DNA of 32,000 bases, from contig NZ_CP010048.1 in NCBI RefSeq assembly GCF_000973505.1, positions 420,001 through 452,000 on the forward strand, given 5' to 3'. This document shows positions 20,384 through 30,208 of this stretch, piece after piece (within the stretch, counting starts at the first letter, position 1; each line of letters starts with the position of its first letter). The stretch comes from Candidatus Saccharimonadota bacterium (GTDB taxonomy: Bacteria; Pseudomonadota; Gammaproteobacteria; Enterobacterales; Enterobacteriaceae). Made by a program: the position numbers and the translations under genes. The notes under the pieces were generated by a model. The model was not told where the DNA came from. It saw only the letters and a program-made list of their open reading frames with translations, and made no database searches.

Positions 20384-22621
20384 TTATTTATAAAAAATAT
20401 TTTTTAAATATTTCACCACCAACAAAACTTCTTCATCAGATACAAAAGCACCATGAACACGAATAGGTACAGATGAACAAGATGATAAATACAACATATC
20501 TCCCATACCAAGCAAAGATTCAGCACCAGATTGATCAAGAATAGTTCGTGAATCTATCTTGCTAGATACAGTAAATGCAATTCGACTTGGAATATTAGCT
20601 TTAATCAATCCAGTAATTACATTTACAGACGGTCTTTGTGTGGCTAATATTAAATGTATACCACAAGCTCTCGATTTTTGTGATAATCGTATAATTAATA
20701 ATTCTATTTCTTTTCCAGCTGACATCACTAAATCTGCAAATTCATCTATTATAATCACAATATATGGCAATTTATTCTTTAACCCTTTAATTAACGTATC
20801 ATCCTCCGTAATATTATCAGAAGACAATGAACTATCCACATATTCATTAACGTTATATGACTTTATACGATCATTACATTTTTTTAAATCGCGTACACCA
20901 TAATAGGCCATAATTTTATAACGACGTTCCATTTCATCTACACACCAATTCAAAACAGTAATAACACTTTTAATGTCAGTAACAACATTTCTTAAAAGAT
21001 GGGGGATATCATTATAAACTGATAATTCCAACATTTTTGGATCAATCATGATAAATCGAACATCTTCTGGTGTTGCTTTATATAAAATACTAATAATTAT
21101 GCTATTAATCCCAACTGACTTTCCCGATCCGGTGGTACCAGCTATTAATAAATGAGGCATCTCACTTAAGCATGTTATTACCGGATAACCAGAAACATCT
21201 TGTCCTAAACCTAACGTTAAAACATCACAAGAAGACCGAAACTGTTTAGTTTCTAAAATCTCTCGCAAATACACTATCTTACGATGTTCATTGGGTATTT
21301 CTACGCCGACATATGGTTTTCCAGGAATGACTTCTATAACCTGAAGATGACATACAGATAAAGAACGAGCCAAATCTCGAGACAAACTAAAAATACGTGA
21401 AGATTTCAAACCTGGTGCTAAATCTAACTCAAATCTAGTAATCACTGGACCTTGCAAAACATTAACAACTTGAGCACGTATATGATACTCTGCTAATTTT
21501 GATTCTAACAATACAGACTTTTGCCGTAACGCATCCATGTCCAAATCTTTTTTAAAAGATGAAGGAAATAATAATTCTATATTCGGAAATACATTTACCA
21601 TTTTCTGTAATAGCAACTGATTATTATGATGAATGTGTGACGAAATATTAATTGGGAATTTCAAATCATTCGTTCTTAGACAATCTTTATCAATCGACTC
21701 ATAATCTTTACAACAACTATTATTATGGTATGCTACAGCGTTATTCATATCATTTGAATTTTTTACATCACATAATGCACATTCGTTATTTAATTTAAAA
21801 CTATTAAAAAAAATGGTACTATCTAAATTTAATCTACATGATAAATATCGAAAAACAAAATTTCTTATACCACCAAGATTTAATTTTCGAAATAATATCC
21901 CGAAAAAATTAAACAAATGATTATTACACATCTTATATATTACGGAAAAAAATATTTTCGAATCATACCTACTACACTGTTGGATTAAATATACGCAACA
22001 ACAAATAAAAAAATTTAAAATAATAAACATAATCTTTTTTAATATTGCCCACCAGAAACCTGGTGTTAGTAGCACTACACCTAATATTAAAGATAAAAAT
22101 AATATAAAATTGATTGTCATATCACTTTTAAATATATGTATGATCTGAGCTCGCAAAAAAAATCCTACTATCCCACCAGAATAACAATAATAAAATTCTT
22201 TAATAAAAAATTCCGCTAATCCACAAAGACTAAATAATAGTATTATTCCTCCAAATATTTTATTCATTATATCAAAAACATTTAAAACAATATTCTTAAA
22301 CAAAACACCCCAAATTAAAAAACACATAATACATGGAAGAAAATATGCCGATAAACCAAAAAGAAAAAATAAAATATCAGAACATACAGCGCCATAATAT
22401 CCAAAAATATTATGAATATCATCATTTCCAGTATATTGAAAATAACTATCATCAAAAGGATGAAAAGTCATCAATGATGACATTATAAAATATATGATAA
22501 ATCCAAAAAAAAATAAAAATTTTTTTCTTAAAGACAAAAAAATAACAATAATATTTTTACACATCATAGCTTTCATTATATAAAACATTGTGTATTTCAC
22601 AATACATTTACTAAAAATCAA
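20384..22621 (-). CDS. ftsK: DNA translocase FtsK with N-terminal membrane domain, short linker and alpha/beta motor, and no gamma domain. The exact start is uncertain.
   Basis: N-terminal TM helices match the E. coli pattern ([11 protein letters not shown]......IHN..G..GA...D.LFF.FG.SAY). The motor has Walker [15 protein letters not shown] and Walker [14 protein letters not shown], plus [34 protein letters not shown]. The ORF ends ...[25 protein letters not shown]. The track's start is TTG 22621, and several downstream ATGs are possible. Confidence 0.9.
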   Translation of the reverse strand: MIFSKCIVKYTMFYIMKAMMCKNIIVIFLSLRKKFLFFFGFIIYFIMSSLMTFHPFDDSYFQYTGNDDIHNIFGYYGAVCSDILFFLFGLSAYFLPCIMCFLIWGVLFKNIVLNVFDIMNKIFGGIILLFSLCGLAEFFIKEFYYCYSGGIVGFFLRAQIIHIFKSDMTINFILFLSLILGVVLLTPGFWWAILKKIMFIILNFFICCCVYLIQQCSRYDSKIFFSVIYKMCNNHLFNFFGILFRKLNLGGIRNFVFRYLSCRLNLDSTIFFNSFKLNNECALCDVKNSNDMNNAVAYHNNSCCKDYESIDKDCLRTNDLKFPINISSHIHHNNQLLLQKMVNVFPNIELLFPSSFKKDLDMDALRQKSVLLESKLAEYHIRAQVVNVLQGPVITRFELDLAPGLKSSRIFSLSRDLARSLSVCHLQVIEVIPGKPYVGVEIPNEHRKIVYLREILETKQFRSSCDVLTLGLGQDVSGYPVITCLSEMPHLLIAGTTGSGKSVGINSIIISILYKATPEDVRFIMIDPKMLELSVYNDIPHLLRNVVTDIKSVITVLNWCVDEMERRYKIMAYYGVRDLKKCNDRIKSYNVNEYVDSSLSSDNITEDDTLIKGLKNKLPYIVIIIDEFADLVMSAGKEIELLIIRLSQKSRACGIHLILATQRPSVNVITGLIKANIPSRIAFTVSSKIDSRTILDQSGAESLLGMGDMLYLSSCSSVPIRVHGAFVSDEEVLLVVKYLKNIFYK

Positions 22622-23044
22622 TAATTTTCATTAAAATTTTAATCAAAATACCTAAATAACAAAATATCACAGATAAACATAACGATATCTACAATATTTA
22701 AAATATATTATATAATATTCTGGTATTTAAAATAGATGATCGATACAATATCAATATATTATTATTAGGTTAATAGTCTAATTTAAGAATAAAAATATGT
22801 ACAATAACCAAGATAATACAATTATTTCATGATTTTATTTTTAAAATTATTAAAAATTGTGTAATAAAAAATATGTGTAATTTTTAATGTCAACATTTAA
22901 AAATTATATTTTTAATCTAATTCAGAAACTCATTCAAATATTCTTATGTCTTTAATTACATAATATTACCTGTACATAAATATTTGAATTTAACTAAAAT
23001 ATTTAATAAAATACTTTTTATAACAATATTATTAATATTTAATT

Positions 23045-24001
23045 ATGTCAAACATAAAACATTCTCAAATCATCATATTAGGTTCAGGACCAGCAGGATA
23101 TACTGCAGCTATTTATTCTGCCCGTGCTAACTTACACCCAATACTTATTACTGGAACAGAATATGGAGGACAATTAATTAAAACTAATCAAATAGAAAAT
23201 TGGCCCGGTGATCCCGATCAACTCGCTGGTCCCAAACTTATGGAAAGAATGAATATTCATGCAAAAAAATTCAATACAAATATCATCGTAGATAATATTA
23301 CTAATGTAAATTTAAATAGTCAACCATTTTACCTGGCCAGTGATTATCATAAATACACCTGCGATTCATTAATTATTTGTACCGGTGCCTCTGCAAAACA
23401 TATGGGATTACATTCAGAAACACAATATCAAGGAAAAGGTGTATCCTATTGTGCCACATGTGATGGTTTTTTTTATAAAGATAAAAAAGTAGCTATTATC
23501 GGAGGAGGTAATACTGCAATAGAAGAAGCATTATATCTCACTAACATTGCTGCTGAAACACATTTAATCCATCGTCGCAATACTTTTACAGCAGAAAAAA
23601 TACTAATTGATCGATTAATGACTGCAGTAGAAAAAAATAATATTATATTACATTGTCCTTTCACACTTATTGAAATATTAGGTAATACAAATTACGTTAC
23701 AGCTATAAATATAAAACACAATATTACACATCAATATACACAATTAAAAGTTGATGGTGTGTTCATTGCTATTGGTTACAAACCAAATACAACTATATTT
23801 TCTAATCAACTTTTACTAAAAGATGGATATATTTGCACAACAAACACAAAAAATGAACAAACAGCAACATCTATTCCTGGTATATTTGCTGCAGGAGATG
23901 TTATGGATCAATATTATAAACAAGCAATTACCGCTGCTAGCTCTGGTTGTATGGCCGCGATAGATGCAGAACGTTATTTATCTAAAATAAAAAACAAATA
24001 A
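23045..24001 (+). CDS. trxB: Thioredoxin reductase
   Basis: Has an FAD GxGxxG motif ([14 protein letters not shown]), the redox-active CATCDG, an NADPH-site GGGNTA.EEALYL and a C-terminal AAGDV.D..Y.QAIT.A..GCMAA.DAERYL. Confidence 0.96.
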   Translation: MSNIKHSQIIILGSGPAGYTAAIYSARANLHPILITGTEYGGQLIKTNQIENWPGDPDQLAGPKLMERMNIHAKKFNTNIIVDNITNVNLNSQPFYLASDYHKYTCDSLIICTGASAKHMGLHSETQYQGKGVSYCATCDGFFYKDKKVAIIGGGNTAIEEALYLTNIAAETHLIHRRNTFTAEKILIDRLMTAVEKNNIILHCPFTLIEILGNTNYVTAINIKHNITHQYTQLKVDGVFIAIGYKPNTTIFSNQLLLKDGYICTTNTKNEQTATSIPGIFAAGDVMDQYYKQAITAASSGCMAAIDAERYLSKIKNK

Positions 24002-24288
24002 CAAAATAAATTTACTGATATAATAAACAATCCAATGAAAATTTCACTATGTTATATTACATATATATCTATACTAACAATTAACAAACAAATGAAAAAA
24101 CTGCTACGTAATGATCACAAATTTAATAAAAATACAACACATAAATAAAAAAACATACAAACTATATTTTTAACATAGTGTTAAAAAAAATTTATAATTT
24201 TTAGTGAACATTTTATGTAACATTGTAATACATAATTATTTTATACTCATAATATTAACAACAAAAATATAACTATTAGGTAACACTA

Positions 24289-24507
24289 ATGACAAAAGAG
24301 GATCATATCGAAATGCATGGTACTGTGCTAGACACGCTTCCAAATACTATGTTTCGAGTCAAATTAGAAAATGGACATATTATCACAGCACATATCTCAG
24401 GAAAAATGAGGAAAAATTACATTCGTATTTTAACAGGCGATAACGTTGTAGTTGAGCTAACTCCTTATGATTTGAATAAAGGCCGAATTATTTTTCGAAA
24501 CCGTTAA
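24289..24507 (+). CDS. infA: Translation initiation factor IF-1
   Basis: The 72-aa product reads [26 protein letters not shown]...[34 protein letters not shown], essentially the E. coli InfA sequence. Confidence 0.98.
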   Translation: MTKEDHIEMHGTVLDTLPNTMFRVKLENGHIITAHISGKMRKNYIRILTGDNVVVELTPYDLNKGRIIFRNR

Positions 24508-24914
24508 CATAACACAACACACTAAAAATTATAATAAAAAATAATTATTACTCTTTACTCACATATATAAAACACCTTACACATTATAAAATTTCAGATT
24601 TGAACTGCAAATTTAACTATACAATAATAATAACATATAATTAATTTAGGACCAACATCCTTCGCATACTACTTATGTATGTATACTAAAACAATAAACA
24701 ATATGTAAGTTACAACAAACATATAACCAAAACAAAATGACACCCAAAAAAAATTAATTTTGTTAATTGTCAACCACATTCTATCTATATTTCATGACAT
24801 ACTTTTTGTAACTTTTATGAACCATAAACATCCGCTCAACACTTTATTTGATCAAATTTTAAAACTGACTAACTCTCAAAAAATCTAAAATCAATAATCA
24901 TATTAACATTTAAT

Positions 24915-24936
24915 TTATCCAATGCTGATTGGATAA
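24915..24936. repeat. Perfect 9-bp inverted repeat with a 4-nt loop (ttatccaat gctg attggataa)
   Basis: Read directly in the ORF-free spacer downstream of infA. No flanking T-run exists on either strand, so it is not a canonical intrinsic terminator. Confidence 0.7.
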
Positions 24937-25400
24937 CACATGTATTAAAACATCAATCATCACATCATTGAATTATACTACTTGTTCAACAAAAATAACC
25001 AATCGTATCTTCAAAAATAGATATCGATAGTTTATCTGAATTATATATTCTAACCTCTAACTATTATAAAACTACGAACCTTTATCATATAATTACAAAA
25101 CATAGTGCACCTTGTAAAATATACCATCTTTCCAAAATAATCACTCCTCATAAAACTATTTAAAGATCCTTAATGATACTGAAAAATTACATATTTCTCA
25201 AAAAACATAAGCACTAAAAAATTCATATAACAACAACAAACACTAAACATTTACTTATTACCATCTAATATACCAAATATACCACCACATTCCTTAAAAA
25301 AACTAAATCAATATTTATCCCTAATTACAAATAAACAAAAACCTAAAAAATATTTCAAAGTATCAATACCATCACTAAAAATATGAGCTAAATAAACACA

Positions 25401-25517
25401 TTAAAAAAATAACTCATAAGAAAAAAAATCACGAGCTTTAGTCACAGTAATCATTTTAAACTCAGCATTATTCATTAATTTTAGCAATATTCTTACAATA
25501 ATTACTTTCGTATAAAT
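25401..25517 (-). pseudogene. clpS: Possible clpS remnant (ClpA adaptor) with an in-frame stop
   Basis: The minus-strand reading IYTKVIIVRILLKLMNNAEFKMITVTKARDFFSYELFF*CVYLAHIFSDG aligns, with a few gaps, to the E. coli ClpS core [43 protein letters not shown] (Y.KVI.V, EF, V, K, FFSY[DE], LA.H). The location fits E. coli synteny, where clpA-clpS follows infA on the opposite strand. Confidence 0.4.
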
Positions 25518-25963
25518 ACACTAACTAATATATGACATTTAACGAATCTGACATAACTCAAAAAATACAAAAAATAAAAAAACATACAATTTTTATCAAA
25601 AAATATTTAAACAAAATTTTCAACTTATAGATAAAAATAACAACATAACTTTAAAAAATATCAACCCTCACATTATGTAAAAATTAAAATAATTGATACA
25701 AAAACAATAATTACAAAGAATGATTCTTCAAATTTTCTATAAAAAAATACATTATCTATCTATGATACTATACTATGATATGAACTTATAAAATAAAACA
25801 TATAAGAAAAATTCCAAAATATCATTTTTTATGCTATCTTTACATTACAATATTCTCCAAATATCTAAATAGTTAATGATTCATAAACATACATAAAAAA
25901 ATATAATATACATATTAATAAAACCATCCTTTAGTCAGTATAATTATATTAGGATTATTTATA

Positions 25964-26653
25964 ATGAAATATATCATCCATTCTACTATTATATTTGATA
26001 CCACAGAATATCTTCTAACACCCCTAACCGACAATAATCAATCAATTAAACTTTCCAATTCTGCAGGACGTATATTAGAAGAACTAATAAAGTATCAAAA
26101 TACCGATGAACCAATTACCCGAGAATATTTATTTTCTACAATATGGAGACAACACGGACTAGAACCATCACACGGAAATTTAAATCAACAAATCAGTTTA
26201 ATCAGAAAAAGCTTAGGATCATTTGGAATTAGTCCTACATCAATTATCACCATTCCTAAACGAGGATTAAAATTAAATAAAGAAATATCAATAGAAATCA
26301 CAGATAAAAAAACATCTGTTATCCCATCTGCAACAATTTCAGCTAACAACAAAAGAACATTTAATAAAACGCCATTTTTCTCAAGTCCGGCAATATTAAA
26401 AAGCAATCCAAGATATGCTATTATTTTACTCATATTAATAATTACAGTACTAAGCATCAGTATAATATATATGTATATCAAAGATAAAAATCTTAAAAAA
26501 TTACATTTGTGTAAACAAATAAATTCATGTAATATTTGTACTTTTCATCAAACACCAAATTTAGAATGTAATGATCTCACATTTAAAAACTCTGAGAATA
26601 CACAAAAAAATAACGAAGACTATAACAAAAAATACACTGAAATACAATTTTAA
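25964..26653 (+). CDS. ToxR/CadC-like membrane-anchored transcriptional regulator: N-terminal OmpR/PhoB-type winged helix, single TM, short Cys-rich periplasmic tail
   Basis: Residues about 5-105 (IIFDTTEYLLTP.....IKLSNSAGRILEELIK.....ITREYLFSTIWRQHGLEPSHGNLNQQISLIRKSL.......IITIPKRGLKL) are collinear with V. cholerae ToxR (FTFDPLSNTL...IRLGSNESRILWLL.....ISRNDLHDFVWREQGFEVDDSSLTQAISTLRKML....YVKTVPKRGYQL). A hydrophobic TM lies at residues about 151-172 (YAIILLILIITVLSISIIYMYI). The 57-aa tail carries 4 Cys (HLC, NSC, NIC, LEC). Confidence 0.8.
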   Translation: MKYIIHSTIIFDTTEYLLTPLTDNNQSIKLSNSAGRILEELIKYQNTDEPITREYLFSTIWRQHGLEPSHGNLNQQISLIRKSLGSFGISPTSIITIPKRGLKLNKEISIEITDKKTSVIPSATISANNKRTFNKTPFFSSPAILKSNPRYAIILLILIITVLSISIIYMYIKDKNLKKLHLCKQINSCNICTFHQTPNLECNDLTFKNSENTQKNNEDYNKKYTEIQF

Positions 26654-27181
26654 CACCGTTAAAAATTTTTTAAACGCACCAATACACACAATAACAAATA
26701 AAAATTATTTCTTTAAACATCGTTATCATGAAAAATATAAAAAATATATGTACTATTTTCATTGAAAGTTTTAATTTTTATACCTGTGATACACAGTATA
26801 TTTTAAAAAATATATATAAAATTTTAATACATAAAAAAATCCACACACTAAACAAACTAATATTCAATTATAAACATATATATCAATATCAAAAAAAATA
26901 TTTTTCATACTCGTTCCAATAATTAAGTGTAACTACAAAAACACTAAATTTCATTTAATGAACACAATATAAAAACTCAAATTTCTGTAAATATTTATAA
27001 AAAACTACAAAATTAACAACAAAAATGATTTTATTTAACTTTTAGTAAAGCATTAAAAAATGACAAACACAATAATTATTCAAAATCTAACCAAAAATTT
27101 AAAACAATTATTTTTTAATAATCATTCATCTCTGAAAAATGAACAATATATTAATAATCACAATCTAACAATAAATATCCT

Positions 27182-27556
27182 ATGAAGAAGCATAATACTA
27201 TATTTGAACAAATCATTCAAAAAAAAACTGCCACACAACTACTATATCAAGACAATCTAGTTAGTGCATTTTATGACATTCATCCACAAGCACCAATACA
27301 TGTCTTAATTGTGCCAAACATACCAATCCCTACAGTGAATGACATAACACCTTATCATGAAAAAACTATAGGAAGATTATTCACAGTTGCAGCTAAAATT
27401 GCTGTAAAATTAAAAATAAACGAATCGGGTTATCGATTGATAGTAAACTGTAATAATGATGCAGGACAAGAAATTTACCATTTACATATGCACCTTCTAG
27501 GAGGTAAAACACTTGGACCATTAATTTCTAACAGTACTATAACAAACTTAATGTAA
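27182..27556 (+). CDS. hinT: HIT-family purine nucleoside phosphoramidase HinT
   Basis: IF..II......Q.LYQD.LV.AF.DI.PQAP.H.LI.PN..IPTVND....HE...GR...VAAKIA......GYRLI.N.N...GQE.YH.HMHLLGG..LGP includes the HIT motif HxHxHLL. It is collinear with E. coli HinT. Confidence 0.92.
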   Translation: MKKHNTIFEQIIQKKTATQLLYQDNLVSAFYDIHPQAPIHVLIVPNIPIPTVNDITPYHEKTIGRLFTVAAKIAVKLKINESGYRLIVNCNNDAGQEIYHLHMHLLGGKTLGPLISNSTITNLM

Positions 27557-27698
27557 AAAATATGCTATATTTATAAATCCAATACACATAATCAAATGAC
27601 ATAAAAACTATCTGTGCTATACGATTAATAATCATACAACTAATACTGATGGTAATTGATTTTACTAAAATAAATCGTACGTTATACACAACTAATTA

Positions 27699-28282
27699 AT
27701 GAAAAAAAAAATATTTTTTTAATTATATTATCTTTCATATATAATCAGATAGGTTTCAGTGAAAAAATTCTACAAACAGAAACATCAATATTTAATAATC
27801 AGATAAATTTTCAAACAAAGGCAGTTAACACAATACCTACTCCACCAAAAATCCACATCATTATAGATTGGCGAAAACACTTTCTCTTACACATACAGGA
27901 AATAATTACATTTATTACAAAAACTCAACATAAAAACAAGATCATTGCATTATTCATCAACAAAATTGAAAATTACTCTGATTATCCTCTAAATATTCAA
28001 CAAACTACAAATAATTTGAAAAATTTACTACACGAATTAAATAATAATAACAATTTTATAATCATTAATTCATATATTTCATGTGAAATATATGAAAATA
28101 TAAAATTATTAAACAAAAACCTAACACCCCGCAGTACAAGTATTAAATTAGCAAGACATATGAATGCTGAGTATATACTATATAGTACTGCATACAATGA
28201 CACAAAAAACATAAATATAAAATTAGAATTAATATCAGCAAAAAATGGCGAAATAATGTGGTCAAAAATTACTAATACCTAA
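27699..28282 (+). CDS. lpoB: LpoB-like (PBP1b activator) gene, frame-interrupted at the A10 tract. It is either rescued by slippage or an early-stage pseudogene.
   Basis: The frame is open from 27674 to 28282, but its first canonical start is TTG 28016. Upstream of that TTG the same frame reads ...IHIIIDWRKHFLLHIQEIITFITKTQHKNKIIALFINKIENYSDYPLNIQQTTNNLKNLLHEL.., collinear with E. coli LpoB HIRHYDWNGAMQPMVSKML....GSVLLVDSVNNRTNG.LN...ATE.LRNAL. The C-terminus PRSTSIKLARHMNAEYILYSTAY......IKLELISAKNGEIIWS-type region matches GTRSKAIGIARNVGAHYVLYSSA....LQMQLMLVQTGEIIWS. It sits after hinT as in E. coli. Confidence 0.6.
27702..27711 (+). repeat. A10 homopolymer separating the lpoB ATG from its conserved reading frame
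   Basis: ATG 27699-27701 is followed by ten A residues (27702-27711). As written, it reads MKKKIFF* with a TAA at 27720-27722. The long conserved frame is offset by one nucleotide. Confidence 0.9.
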
Positions 28283-28300
28283 TTAAAAATATTTAACAAT

Positions 28301-29509
28301 ATGTATCAACCTTTTATAATATGCATTGGATTGCGTTATATTTTTAAGAAAAAATTTTATCAATTGGAACAATTCACTGCTTACACTTCTATACTTGCTA
28401 TTACACTTGGTGTAACAGCATTGATAGTTACATTATCAATTATGAACGGAGTTGAACAAAAATTAGAGCAAAAAATACTTAACATCGTACCTCATGTATT
28501 ATTAACCTCACAAACACAAAACATTAACCCTGAAAACAATAAAAAATATTTTTTAAAAAACCTACGTGGTATAACACAAGCAAATACCATAGTAAATTTT
28601 GACGGAATATTACAAAGCTCTAACAATATCTCTTTTGGAAAAATAATTGGCATTAATCCTACAGATTATGAACCATTGTCTCGTTTTATGATTTATGGAT
28701 CTACAAAACAATTAATACCTAACAAATACTATGTAATTATCAGCGCAACATTAGCCCAACATTTAAAAGTACAAATAGGAGATAATATTCGCATAATATT
28801 ACCTAATATAACAAAAATTACCCCTATAGGACGTATTCCTACACAAAGACTATTCCAAATAATAGGAATTTATATCACTAACACTAATGTTGACGATTAC
28901 CAATTACTAATTAATCAAGAAGATGGAGCACATTTACTGCATCTTCCAACTACACATATCACAAACTGGAGATTATGGTTAAAAGAACCATTAAAAATAA
29001 ACTCTTTTAATAAACAAAAATTACCTAAAAATGTTATTTTCAAAACAGACTGGAGAGAGTATCAAGGTAATACTTTTAAAGCAATTCAAATGGAAAAAAA
29101 CATGATGGGGCTCCTATTAAGTTCAATTATACTAATATCAGGTATCAATATACTCACTTACTCTTCTTTATTAATTACAGAAAAAAAACAAGAAATTGCT
29201 ATTTTAAAAACATATGGGTTAAATACAAAAAAAATTATATTATTATTTAGCATACAAGGAACTTGTATTGGTGGAATGGGTACAATATTTGGTATTTTAT
29301 GTGGATACCTTATAACAAAAAACATAAATTGGATAACAGCTATGTGCAACTTATTAAATAATGAAGAAATATTACCTGTTCAAATTAAAACATCTCAAAT
29401 CACCGTAATTACCATTATAACAATATTAATATCTTGCTTATCCACATTATATTCAGCAAAAACTGCAACAAACATTAATGTAATCGAGACACTACAACAA
29501 AATGAATAA
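28301..29509 (+). CDS. lolC: Lipoprotein-release ABC transporter permease LolC
   Basis: The N-terminus [13 protein letters not shown] matches E. coli [36 protein letters not shown]...[16 protein letters not shown] and LSTLYS...A....  are collinear. Confidence 0.93.
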   Translation: MYQPFIICIGLRYIFKKKFYQLEQFTAYTSILAITLGVTALIVTLSIMNGVEQKLEQKILNIVPHVLLTSQTQNINPENNKKYFLKNLRGITQANTIVNFDGILQSSNNISFGKIIGINPTDYEPLSRFMIYGSTKQLIPNKYYVIISATLAQHLKVQIGDNIRIILPNITKITPIGRIPTQRLFQIIGIYITNTNVDDYQLLINQEDGAHLLHLPTTHITNWRLWLKEPLKINSFNKQKLPKNVIFKTDWREYQGNTFKAIQMEKNMMGLLLSSIILISGINILTYSSLLITEKKQEIAILKTYGLNTKKIILLFSIQGTCIGGMGTIFGILCGYLITKNINWITAMCNLLNNEEILPVQIKTSQITVITIITILISCLSTLYSAKTATNINVIETLQQNE

Positions 29510-30182
29510 TTCAATATTACTACAATCGCACCAACTTAGTAAAACTTATCAAGACGCGAATTTTTTTATTCAAGTATTAAAAAACATCAACTTTACTGTA
29601 CAAACAGGAGAAATGATCACTATTATTGGACATTCGGGCTCAGGTAAAAGCACGTTATTACATTTACTGGGAGGATTAGACACACCTACGCACGGTAAAG
29701 TCATTTTTAATGGACAAATATTACATCAAATATCTGAAAAAACACGTGCATTAATACGCAACCAACAATTAGGTTTTATTTATCAATTTCACCATTTATT
29801 GTCTGATTTTAACACACTAGAAAACATAGCAATGCCTCTTATGATTCAGGGGAAAAAATTCAAACATGCAAAAATAATAGCAAAAAAAATGTTAAAATTG
29901 GTAAACTTACACCATAGAGACGATCACTATCCATATGAATTATCAGGAGGAGAACGTCAAAGAGTAGCTATCGCACGTGCGTTAGTAAATAAACCAATAT
30001 TAGTCTTAGCTGATGAACCTACTGGTAATTTAGACAAAAAAACAGCAAACAACATTTTCCAATTATTACATACAATAAATATAAATTATGGAACTACATT
30101 TTTAGTAGTAACACATGATATATGCTCTAACACATACTTTAACAGAACATTAGAACTATGTCATGGAGAATTAAAACCATAA
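29502..30182 (+). CDS. lolD: Lipoprotein-release ABC transporter ATPase LolD
   Basis: Carries Walker [11 protein letters not shown]-loop/LolD motif region [20 protein letters not shown], signature [15 protein letters not shown] and Walker [14 protein letters not shown]. It overlaps the lolC end by 8 nt. Confidence 0.96.
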   Translation: MNNSILLQSHQLSKTYQDANFFIQVLKNINFTVQTGEMITIIGHSGSGKSTLLHLLGGLDTPTHGKVIFNGQILHQISEKTRALIRNQQLGFIYQFHHLLSDFNTLENIAMPLMIQGKKFKHAKIIAKKMLKLVNLHHRDDHYPYELSGGERQRVAIARALVNKPILVLADEPTGNLDKKTANNIFQLLHTININYGTTFLVVTHDICSNTYFNRTLELCHGELKP

Positions 30183-30208
30183 AATAAAAAAATGAATAAA
30201 ACATAAAT

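Noticed and set aside
20559-20903. A 114-aa + strand ORF inside ftsK
   Set aside because: It is antisense to the conserved FtsK motor domain.
22622-23044. A possible lrp remnant in the ftsK-trxB divergent spacer
   Set aside because: By-eye translation of the minus strand gave nothing resembling Lrp. The spacer is shorter than lrp and is best treated as divergent promoter DNA.
24508-24800. The tRNA-Ser (serW) expected next to infA by E. coli synteny
   Set aside because: No G/C-rich acceptor or T-arm-like sequence is visible on either strand, and the region is almost G-free. A tRNAscan run would be needed to be certain.
26571-26922. Two overlapping 64-aa + strand ORFs downstream of the ToxR-like gene, considered as a possible ToxS/TcpH-like partner
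   Set aside because: They have no TM segment or signal peptide and no SD. Their K/N/I/Y low-complexity composition is typical of random frames in A-rich DNA, and one overlaps the regulator's 3' end out of frame.
27997-28212. A 71-aa minus-strand ORF
   Set aside because: It is antisense to the conserved LpoB C-terminal domain.
28016-28282. The 88-aa ORF starting at TTG 28016, considered as a stand-alone gene
   Set aside because: LpoB-like similarity continues in the same frame for about 100 codons upstream of this TTG. The track ORF is therefore a truncation artefact of requiring a canonical start, and it is reported instead as part of lpoB (27699-28282).
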